Notes: generated by a model not told the origin, from the sequence alone. A stretch of 64,000 nucleotides of DNA from Candidatus Moraniibacteriota bacterium (GCA_049287005.1 JBAQEZ010000002.1:19268-83267), one strand, 5' to 3'; shown: positions 39,264-46,479, counted from the stretch's first letter. Numbers and translations: made by a program.

Positions 39264-39812
39264 TCACTCCTCTTTCTTGATGGTCTTGATCTCGCGAAGC
39301 AGTTCTTCCAGGGCGCTCTGGATGTGTTCGATTTTCTGGGTATCATGCGTGCGATCGGCGGTGTATTCCTGATCATCCTTCTCGATCTCCTCGCCGAGAC
39401 CTTCCACGTCCTCCGAGATTTCCTCCACATCCTCGCTGATTTCTTTGACGTCCTCCTGGATATCATCGATATCCTTGGACATCTCCTCGACATCTTCTGA
39501 AATATCCTCCACGTCCTCCGAGATTTCCTCCACGTCTTCGCTCACTTTGGCGAGCTTGTGCACCTGATGGTTGACGGTCATCTGGATGAAGATGGAGAGA
39601 TAGATCGCTTCGAGCGAGACGACAGTGGTCAGGATGAGCATGATCTGGTCGAAACCGAAGCCGATCCACTGCAGCGCAAAAATCCCCACGAAAAAGACGG
39701 AGTGGAGGATGAGGGAGAGGGGAGAGCCGATATGGCGCGGAGCATCGAGCGCGATCCGTTCGAGGAATGGCGCCGCCGGCGCTGGAGTATTTTTTTCTGC
39801 CGGTGTTTTCAT
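39264..39812 (-). CDS. DUF1003-family membrane protein with a C-terminal acidic tandem-repeat tail
   Basis: Core GSPLSLILHSVFFVGIFALQWIGFGFDQIMLILTTVVSLEAIYLSIFIQMTVNHQ matches the DUF1003 pattern. The tail is (S/EDVEEI)n. Start trimmed to ATG 39812. Confidence 0.55.
   Translation of the reverse strand: MKTPAEKNTPAPAAPFLERIALDAPRHIGSPLSLILHSVFFVGIFALQWIGFGFDQIMLILTTVVSLEAIYLSIFIQMTVNHQVHKLAKVSEDVEEISEDVEDISEDVEEMSKDIDDIQEDVKEISEDVEEISEDVEGLGEEIEKDDQEYTADRTHDTQKIEHIQSALEELLREIKTIKKEE
39400..39560 (-). repeat. in-frame 18-bp tandem repeats encoding (SEDVEEI) units inside the DUF1003 gene
   Basis: At least 7 imperfect head-to-tail copies of ctccacgtcctccgagatttc-like units, read directly from the sequence. 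Confidence 0.6.
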
Positions 39813-39895
39813 AGTCCCAGTGTAGTTTCTTTTGGCCGTATTGAAAAGGGCGGGTTTCGGTGTTAGGGTAGAGGTACAGGATAACAACAACTGCT

Positions 39896-40153
39896 ATGAA
39901 GGCATTTACAGACCAAGTGCTCTCGGTCGTGGCGCGGATCCCGCGCGGCAAGACGCTCAGCTATGCTCAGGTGGCGCGCCAGGCCGGCAGCCCGGGAGCG
40001 GCCCGCGCGGTCGGTTCCATCATGCGGAAAAACGTCGATCCCGCCATTCCCTGCCACCGGGTCATCCGGAGCGACGGCTCTTTGGGACAGTACAATCGCG
40101 GCGGTACGGCAGCCAAAGCCCGCATCCTCCGCGCCGAGGGCGCGCCCTGCTAG
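39896..40153 (+). CDS. ogt: methylated-DNA--protein-cysteine methyltransferase, stand-alone C-terminal (DNA-binding/active-site) domain, 85 aa
   Basis: PCHRVI active-site motif, HTH (…LSYAQVARQAG…) and RAVG… conserved block. Confidence 0.7.
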   Translation: MKAFTDQVLSVVARIPRGKTLSYAQVARQAGSPGAARAVGSIMRKNVDPAIPCHRVIRSDGSLGQYNRGGTAAKARILRAEGAPC

Positions 40154-40183
40154 GATGGAATAAACCCTGAAAGAACACCGATT

Positions 40184-40630
40184 ATGCAGATTCATGAATT
40201 GGGGCATGTCGTGCTGTATGTATCGAGCCTCGCGCGCTCGGCGGATTTTTATCGTGATACGTTGGGGTTCCATGAGATTGCGCGCGATAGGCAAATGGCG
40301 CTTTTCTTTTCCGGCCGCACGCACCATGAATTGCTCCTGATTGAAATAGGCGGCAGCCCGATACCGAAACACGCACCGGCTCCCGGACTGTACCACATCG
40401 GATTCAAGATCGGAGACGGTCCGGAAGCGCTGCAAGCGGCCTATCGCGAATTGCAAGACCGGGGAGTGACCATCATCGGAGCCACGGATCATCACGTGAC
40501 TCACAGCCTCTACATTCTCGATCCCGACGGCAACGAACTCGAACTCTACGCCGACGTCTCGGACGCATGGAAAACCGATCCCCGGGCCGTGCTCAAGCCG
40601 GGCACGTATCTTCCGCTGGAGGATAAATAG
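40184..40630 (+). CDS. VOC-family (glyoxalase/bleomycin-resistance/dioxygenase fold) protein
   Basis: Paired beta-alpha-beta-beta-beta modules (…HVVLYVSSLARSADFYRDTLGF… / …YHIGFKIGD…). Confidence 0.7.
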   Translation: MQIHELGHVVLYVSSLARSADFYRDTLGFHEIARDRQMALFFSGRTHHELLLIEIGGSPIPKHAPAPGLYHIGFKIGDGPEALQAAYRELQDRGVTIIGATDHHVTHSLYILDPDGNELELYADVSDAWKTDPRAVLKPGTYLPLEDK

Positions 40631-40635
40631 ACACG

Positions 40636-40660
40636 AACCTGCTACGAGGCAGGTTTTTTT
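40636..40660 (+). terminator. rho-independent terminator (AACCTGC-tacgag-GCAGGTT + T7) marking the left edge of the AT-rich island
   Basis: Hairpin followed by a T7 tract. Confidence 0.55.
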
Positions 40661-40741
40661 GTGGGGAATAAGTGAATTTTAACTATATTTCAAAAATAAT
40701 TAAATTTAGATTTTTAATAAAAATGGCTTAAATAAAGATAC

Positions 40742-40770
40742 TTGACATGAACATAGAGTCATATTATTAT
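40742..40770 (+). promoter_or_regulatory. candidate promoter TTGACA-17 bp-TATTAT; the predicted transcription start coincides with the lexA ATG (possible leaderless mRNA)
   Basis: Hexamers read from the sequence. The first in-frame ATG of the LexA winged helix (40777) lies 7 nt after the -10. Confidence 0.35.
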
Positions 40771-40776
40771 TTAATT

Positions 40777-41418
40777 ATGAAAAAATATCTTACTCTAAAA
40801 CAAAAAACTGTTCTCGAATTGATTTACGACTCTATCCGTTCTTCCGGTTTCCCGCCCACCCTAGCCGATCTAAAAGAGGAATTAGGAGTGTCTTCCAATC
40901 AGTCGGTTTTGAATTTTTTAGAAATATTAGGGAAAAAGGAATGTATAAAACGTGAAGAAGGGCAGGCACGGAGCATTACAATTTTGCCTTTAGGATATAG
41001 AGAAATAGGGAAAGAACCTCTGGTGCGGGTAACTGGTTATTCAGCAGCTGGACCCTACATTGAATCTTTTACAGAAACTTTGAATTGGTTGCCGCTTGAT
41101 GGGCAGGTCTTGGAGAACGAACAAATAAACCAAGCGCGAGACAAGGTGTTTATTATCCAAGTTATTGGTGATTCTATGATTAATGTGGGAATTAATGATG
41201 GTGATAATTTATTAGTCAAAGAATCCAGGGAGTATAAAAGTGGAGATATTGTTCTCGCGCGAACTGATGATGGCGTAACGGTAAAGCGTTTTATTGCTGA
41301 GGGAGGCAAAAGATATTTAAAGCCGGAAAATCCTACCTATGAAAAAATGGTAATTATCCCCGGCGAAGTACAATTTCAGGGCAAGATAATTCTAAACCTT
41401 TCTAAAATAAACCAATAA
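40777..41418 (+). CDS. lexA: LexA-family repressor (LexA winged-HTH + S24 autopeptidase)
   Basis: N-terminal LexA_DNA_bind pattern (LTLKQKTVLELIYDSIRSSGFPPTLADLKEEL…), S24 catalytic Ser (GDSM) and Lys (VKRF). AT-rich codon usage like the rest of the island. Confidence 0.75.
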   Translation: MKKYLTLKQKTVLELIYDSIRSSGFPPTLADLKEELGVSSNQSVLNFLEILGKKECIKREEGQARSITILPLGYREIGKEPLVRVTGYSAAGPYIESFTETLNWLPLDGQVLENEQINQARDKVFIIQVIGDSMINVGINDGDNLLVKESREYKSGDIVLARTDDGVTVKRFIAEGGKRYLKPENPTYEKMVIIPGEVQFQGKIILNLSKINQ

Positions 41419-41419
41419 T

Positions 41420-43336
41420 ATGGTGGATCAAAAAAAGACCAGTGAAATTTTTGGAAAAATATTTCGGAATCCGGATATGCAATTTGGGCTTTCCGTATTC
41501 GAGGGAATTATTCCGGAACAAGTGCTGAACCTTTTCGAAAAAGAGGGTAAATATTATTTGGAATGTTTAAAAAGAAAGAAAAGTATTCAAGCCAAGCCGG
41601 AAGAAATTGTGCGTCAACTTATGATCCATAAACTGGTTAATTTTTACAAATACCCGCTTGATCGAATGGATGTGGAGGTGGATGTGCAATTCGGTCGAGA
41701 AATCGGATCTAAGAGAGCAGACATTGTTATTTATCGCGAAGATGGTCGGACGCCGTATCTCGTGGTGGAAGTCAAGAAACCAGATGTCAAAGACGGTCTG
41801 GGCCAGCTCAAAAGCTATGCCAATGCGACTGGCGCTCCGATTCTGATACTTACTGATGGGAAAATACAAAATAATATTTTGCGAACTGACCCGAATCTTT
41901 TTGAGGATCTCCCGGAAATTCCGAAGTTTAATGAAACCGTGGAAGACGTGCGATCCAAAAAACTGACTTACAATGATCTTGATGAGATTCCCAATTTGCA
42001 ACAGCTTGTTTATGATTTGCAGGAAGTTGTGCTGGCAAACAGCGGCGTGGACTCCTTCGATGAAATTTTCAAGTTGATCTATGCCAAATTGTATGATGAA
42101 ATTGAAACTCCCAGAAATGAAAACAGGAGGTTCAGGGTAATTGCGGGCGTAACCAACAAAGAGAATCTCAATAATATTCAGCGCCTTTTTGAAGATGCTA
42201 AAAATCAGTGGCGCGATGTGTTCAAGGCGAATGATGAGATAGAGATTCCGGAAAATACGATTGTACCGGCAGTGTCGCTTCTGCAAAAATATCGACTTTT
42301 TGGTTCCAACCTTCAAATTATTGACGACGCTTTTGAATATCTCATCAATTTGGATGCCAAGGGAGAAAAGGGGCAATATTTCACACCACGCCACGTGATC
42401 GATATGGCGGTAAAAATGTTTCACCCCACTTCCAAAGATTTTATTATTGACACCGCCGCGGGCAGTTGCGGATTTTTGCTCCACGCGATGCAATATGTTT
42501 GGAATAATGAGCTTAATAAAGAAAAGTGGGGAGAAAGTTATGGTGTGAAGCAGAAAGATTATGCGGAAAAACGTTTGTTTGGTATAGATTTTGATCCGCG
42601 TTCAGTAAAAATCGGAAAAGCGATGATGCTTATTGCCGGAGACGGGAAAACAAATGTTTCTTATGCCGACTCTCTTGATAGCGAAGTATGGAATGAGGAC
42701 GTGAAGGCGAGGTTCAGGCCGTTTCTTAGAAATTTTAAAGACCATGAAGAAAATAGAAGAAATCAGGAAAAGATGGCTGATTTTAATTTTGATATCGTAC
42801 TTACTAATCCGCCGTTTGCTGGAGAGAAAAAAGGCGTGATTCTCAATCGGTATGATCTTGGGTTCAAGTGGGACAAAGATTTTCAAAAAACATCCAAACA
42901 TCAAAACAAAGTTTCACGCGATGTACTTTTTATCGAACGGGATTTGAATTTCTTGAAGCCAGGCGGGCGAATGGCCATTGTTTTGCCGCAAGGAGTTTTG
43001 AATAATACGCAGATGGAGTATGTCCGCAAGTTTGTCATGAATAAAGCAAAAATTTTGGCGGTGGTGGGGCTTCACGGAAATACTTTCAAACCGCACACGG
43101 GCACAAAAACATCCGTTTTGTTTTTGCAAAAATGGGGTGGTGAAGCTGGCGAGCCACAAGTGGATTACCCGATTTTTATGGCTGTATCCAAAAAGGGCGG
43201 CAAAGATACTTCTGGCGAATATGTTTATAGAAAAGATAGCGAGGGGAATGTGATGTATGACGATTGGGGGAAAAAAATCATTGACCATGATCTAGATGAA
43301 ATCGCGGAGGAGTTTTTGAATTTTATGAAAAAATAA
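41420..43336 (+). CDS. restriction-modification protein: N-terminal PD-(D/E)xK/HSDR_N-like nuclease domain fused to gamma-class N6-adenine DNA methyltransferase (BcgI-A-like, or HsdM with N-terminal nuclease-like domain)
   Basis: Residues about 95-150 (RADIVIYREDGRTPYLVVEVKKPD…ILILTDGK) match the D…EVK nuclease core. Motif I (IIDTAAGSCGFLL) precedes motif IV (NPPF). 638 aa. Starts 1 bp after the lexA stop. Confidence 0.75.
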   Translation: MVDQKKTSEIFGKIFRNPDMQFGLSVFEGIIPEQVLNLFEKEGKYYLECLKRKKSIQAKPEEIVRQLMIHKLVNFYKYPLDRMDVEVDVQFGREIGSKRADIVIYREDGRTPYLVVEVKKPDVKDGLGQLKSYANATGAPILILTDGKIQNNILRTDPNLFEDLPEIPKFNETVEDVRSKKLTYNDLDEIPNLQQLVYDLQEVVLANSGVDSFDEIFKLIYAKLYDEIETPRNENRRFRVIAGVTNKENLNNIQRLFEDAKNQWRDVFKANDEIEIPENTIVPAVSLLQKYRLFGSNLQIIDDAFEYLINLDAKGEKGQYFTPRHVIDMAVKMFHPTSKDFIIDTAAGSCGFLLHAMQYVWNNELNKEKWGESYGVKQKDYAEKRLFGIDFDPRSVKIGKAMMLIAGDGKTNVSYADSLDSEVWNEDVKARFRPFLRNFKDHEENRRNQEKMADFNFDIVLTNPPFAGEKKGVILNRYDLGFKWDKDFQKTSKHQNKVSRDVLFIERDLNFLKPGGRMAIVLPQGVLNNTQMEYVRKFVMNKAKILAVVGLHGNTFKPHTGTKTSVLFLQKWGGEAGEPQVDYPIFMAVSKKGGKDTSGEYVYRKDSEGNVMYDDWGKKIIDHDLDEIAEEFLNFMKK

Positions 43337-43349
43337 TTATTAAAATCAT

Positions 43350-43943
43350 ATGTTTAATCAAAGTAAAGACGGAATAAAGAGTGAAAAGATAATTTATATT
43401 TTTATTGATGCTTCAAATCTTTGGCAAGCACAGAAAGCTAAGGGGAAACTTTTTGATTACGAGAAGCTTAGAAATTTTTTGAAAAGCAAGTTTGAAGGAT
43501 CAGAAATAAAAGTTTTTTACTATACTGCATATCCTGCTGATGGGACGAGAAGTTACAGTACTGATGGGAGACATAAATTTTATACTTTTCTAAAGAAAGG
43601 GCTAGGTTTTGTTGTTAGAAAAAAGGAGTTAAAACGTATATCAGTAATTACTGACGAAGGACAAGCTATTGAGGAAAAGGGAAATATGGACGTGGAAATG
43701 ACCATTGATGTTATACACTATATGAAAAAATATGGTGTAGCTATTTTGTTCACAGGTGATTCAGACTTTTTAGCACTAGTGACTTATTTAAGAAACGGCG
43801 GTAAAAAGGTTTATATTTTTTCATCGGAAAATAATGTTTCTAGAGAGTTAAAAACTGGAGGGGATGGATACTTTGATGTGCTGAAAATCAAAGAAGACAT
43901 CTGGGGCAAGGAGTTAAAATATAGGTCTGAAAAAGCCGAATAA
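43350..43943 (+). CDS. NYN-domain (LabA/PIN-like) putative ribonuclease
   Basis: IFIDASNL, NMDVEMTIDVI and LFTGDSDFLALV acidic motifs of NYN/PIN-like RNases. 13 bp after the M gene stop. Confidence 0.7.
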   Translation: MFNQSKDGIKSEKIIYIFIDASNLWQAQKAKGKLFDYEKLRNFLKSKFEGSEIKVFYYTAYPADGTRSYSTDGRHKFYTFLKKGLGFVVRKKELKRISVITDEGQAIEEKGNMDVEMTIDVIHYMKKYGVAILFTGDSDFLALVTYLRNGGKKVYIFSSENNVSRELKTGGDGYFDVLKIKEDIWGKELKYRSEKAE

Positions 43944-43947
43944 AAAC

Positions 43948-43973
43948 AACCCTCCTCGCGGAGGGTTGCTCTT
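43948..43973 (+). terminator. weak terminator-like hairpin (AACCCTCC-tcgc-GGAGGGTT) with a poor U-tract
   Basis: 8-bp stem read from the sequence. Confidence 0.3.
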
Positions 43974-44097
43974 GGATGTAATACCCTTTCAGTTATGGCT
44001 AACCGAAAGACATTACAAATATAGCAGATTATAATGGTTTGTCAAGGGGTTTACGCTTTCATCAACTAATACACTTATTATTTATATAAATAACAAT

Positions 44098-44451
44098 ATG
44101 GAAAATCAAGACCAGGACAAACTGATGAGACTATATACGAGATTGAGTGCTCTTAAAAATAATTTATCAAAAGATCATGGTATTTTGGACACTTTTGTCA
44201 AAGAATATTACACAATCGTTAATGAGCTAGTCGAGCTAACAGGTTTAAATTTAGACGAATTTAAAATTCCAATGTCTGAGGTTAAACCATATCTAATTGG
44301 TAGAGACTATGATGGACAAAAGACTTATACGGAAGAAATATTTTGTAACGGTTCATTATTTTTTAGTAAATTTGATGCCTTGATGACATATTTTCAAATA
44401 AAATATTTATCAAAAGAAAATATGAAAATTGGCTTTAATACCAAAGAGTAA
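44098..44451 (+). CDS. hypothetical protein (117 aa), immediately upstream of hsdS (3-bp gap)
   Basis: Intact ORF with island-like AT-rich codon usage. No recognisable motif. Confidence 0.4.
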   Translation: MENQDQDKLMRLYTRLSALKNNLSKDHGILDTFVKEYYTIVNELVELTGLNLDEFKIPMSEVKPYLIGRDYDGQKTYTEEIFCNGSLFFSKFDALMTYFQIKYLSKENMKIGFNTKE

Positions 44452-44454
44452 TTT

Positions 44455-45816
44455 ATGAATTTTTCAATAATTCAAAAATCTCAACTCGAAGGCGCTTCGC
44501 GGCTTGATGCTGAATATTATCAGCCGGAGTTTCTAATGTTTGTAAACAATTTAAAGGGGTTTGAATTGCAATTATTGGAAGAAATATCTTCAAAGATAGA
44601 TGTTGGTTTTGTGTCTTCTATGGTAAGACATTTTTGCAATAATGGGGTACCGTTGCTAAGAACACAAAATGTTGATGAGTTTGTTACAGATTTTGAAAAC
44701 GGTATTGTTTATATTGACGAAAAGTTTCATAAACAATTAAAAAAGAGCCAAGTTTATCCCGGGTATGTTTTATTGGCGAGAAGCGGGTCAATTGGCAACG
44801 CGAGTGTTGTAACGGAAAATAATCCGATTGCAAATTCTGCAGATATTATTTTGATAAAACCAAAAGAAAACATCTTGCCAGAGTATTTGGCAGCCTTTTT
44901 AAATTCAAAATACGGTAGGTTTCAGATTGAGAGAGGATCAAGCGGGGGTCTTCAGGGGCATATGAATTTATTTAGTCTCGAAAAAATAATCCTTCCTGTT
45001 GTAAGTATTGATATCCAACAGACGATTAGAATGATAGTTTTGCATGGTCTAGATGCATTCGAAAATTCAAAATTATTATATCAGCAAGCCGAAAATTTAC
45101 TTTTAGAAGCATTGGGATTAAAGGGTTTTGATAATGAGGAAAAATTATCATCAATTGTGAATCTTTCTGAAATAGAGTCAGCTTGTCGTATAGATGCTGA
45201 ATATTATCAGCCAAAGTATAAAATCATTGAAGATAAAGTTAAAAATTATAATGTGCATAAATTAGGTGATTTGGTTTCAATGAAAAAAGGGATTGAAGTC
45301 GGGGCGGAAAAATATCAAGAAGAGGGAAAAGTTTTTATTCGGGTGAGCAGTATGACAAAATTTGGAATTGAGGAGAGTGATCAAAAATACCTGAGCGATA
45401 AATTGTATGAAAAATTGAAAGATGACTTTGAACCAAAAAAAGGTGAAATTTTACTGACCAAGGATGCAACTCCGGGGATTGCTTTTGTTTTGAAAAAAGA
45501 TATTCAAGGGATCGTGTCAGGTGGCACTCTTCGGTTGAAATTGAAAAATGTAGGAGTTGAGCCTGAATATTTGGCACTTTGTCTAAATTCCATTATTGGG
45601 CAAATGCAAGCCGAGCGAGATGCTGGCGGATCAGTCATCGCCCACTGGAAACCGGAACAAATTAAAAATGTTCTTATCCCGATTTTATCCAAGGAAATAC
45701 AACAAAAAATTGCTGATTTTGTTCGACAATCTCACGAAGCACGAAAAAAAGCAAAGGAATTGCTTGAGGAGGCAAAAAGAAAAGTTGAAGAAATGATTGA
45801 GAAAGGGGGTGAATAA
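44455..45816 (+). CDS. hsdS: restriction-modification specificity subunit (HsdS/BcgI-B-like) with two target-recognition domains
   Basis: Duplicated conserved segments (…RLDAEYYQP… and …RIDAEYYQPKY…) flanking two variable TRDs. C-terminal coiled-coil. Confidence 0.85.
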   Translation: MNFSIIQKSQLEGASRLDAEYYQPEFLMFVNNLKGFELQLLEEISSKIDVGFVSSMVRHFCNNGVPLLRTQNVDEFVTDFENGIVYIDEKFHKQLKKSQVYPGYVLLARSGSIGNASVVTENNPIANSADIILIKPKENILPEYLAAFLNSKYGRFQIERGSSGGLQGHMNLFSLEKIILPVVSIDIQQTIRMIVLHGLDAFENSKLLYQQAENLLLEALGLKGFDNEEKLSSIVNLSEIESACRIDAEYYQPKYKIIEDKVKNYNVHKLGDLVSMKKGIEVGAEKYQEEGKVFIRVSSMTKFGIEESDQKYLSDKLYEKLKDDFEPKKGEILLTKDATPGIAFVLKKDIQGIVSGGTLRLKLKNVGVEPEYLALCLNSIIGQMQAERDAGGSVIAHWKPEQIKNVLIPILSKEIQQKIADFVRQSHEARKKAKELLEEAKRKVEEMIEKGGE

Positions 45817-45817
45817 T

Positions 45818-46024
45818 ATGGCAAAATACAATCGGAATTCAGGGAAGCCGTGGACAGGGAAAGAGGTTGAGAAACTTGAAAAACTAGCGAAAGGAAATAC
45901 ACCTACGCGAGTTATCGGTCTTGATCTCGGTCGTACGGAAAATGCAGTTCGAAAGAAAGCATCACAAAATGACATTACTTTAAATCCGCCAAATCAAAAA
46001 CCGTATAATCGGAGGAAAAAATAA
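45818..46024 (+). CDS. small Myb/SANT-like HTH protein (68 aa)
   Basis: KPWTGKEVEKLEKLAKGNTPTRVIGLDLGRTENAVRKKAS fits the W-x2-EE-x-L…G…I…GR-x3-A tri-helical pattern. Same domain as the helicase C-terminus at 29.1 kb. ATG 1 nt after the hsdS stop. Confidence 0.4.
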   Translation: MAKYNRNSGKPWTGKEVEKLEKLAKGNTPTRVIGLDLGRTENAVRKKASQNDITLNPPNQKPYNRRKK

Positions 46025-46215
46025 AGTCATAAATAAAACCAGTGTGTCGATTCAGCTTTTCCGCTCTCCCTGTGAGATATCCGGAAAACAGCATAACGGC
46101 GTGACATTTTTCCAGCTCGAAAGAGTTGGTTTTTGTTTGGGTGTATAATTGGAAAAGAAAAGGGGTCAGGTACCTTTTTGAAAATTACGTAACCGGTTAC
46201 GTACAAGATGAAGCT

Positions 46216-46479
46216 ATGTATTACCTCTATATCCTCAAGTGTGCGGATGGGACGCTGTATACAGGGATCACGGTTGATCTGAAGCGGAGGATCACGGAGC
46301 ATAATAGTTTGGCGCTCGGGGCGAAATATACCCGGGGGCGCCGGCCAGTCATTCTTGTTTTTTCTCAGAAATTTCGCACCCGTTCCACCGCCTCCCAGGT
46401 CGAATCCCGCATCAAGAAACTCTCTCGCATTCAGAAGCTTGAGCTCATTGCCTCTGTTTATGAGGCCAAGAAAGTATAA
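46216..46479 (+). CDS. GIY-YIG nuclease family protein (short stand-alone, YhbQ/UPF0213-like), copy 1
   Basis: YYLYILKCADGTLYTGITVDLKRRITEHN… contains the GIY…YTG and RR…EHN motifs. Start trimmed to ATG 46216. Confidence 0.7.
   Translation: MYYLYILKCADGTLYTGITVDLKRRITEHNSLALGAKYTRGRRPVILVFSQKFRTRSTASQVESRIKKLSRIQKLELIASVYEAKKV

Noticed and set aside
38976-39500. 174-aa plus-strand ORF
   Set aside because: Runs through a bidirectional terminator hairpin. Its repeats are the antisense image of the acidic repeats of the minus-strand DUF1003 gene.
39400-39560. Considered whether the 18-bp tandem repeats could be a CRISPR-like array
   Set aside because: The repeats are contiguous with no spacers, in frame within a protein-coding gene, and encode acidic heptad-like units. 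Nothing CRISPR-like was seen elsewhere in the window and no cas genes are present.
39832-40170. 112-aa ORF in another frame over the MGMT gene
   Set aside because: The 39896..40153 frame carries the diagnostic PCHRV active site and HTH. The alternative frame is Arg/Pro-rich.
40636-46025. Looked for hsdR, an integrase/transposase, a tRNA attachment site or terminal direct repeats at the AT-rich island
   Set aside because: No SF2 helicase-nuclease ORF, no recombinase-like ORF, and no convincing direct repeats at 40640 or 46025. The island is therefore reported as compositional rather than as a defined mobile element.
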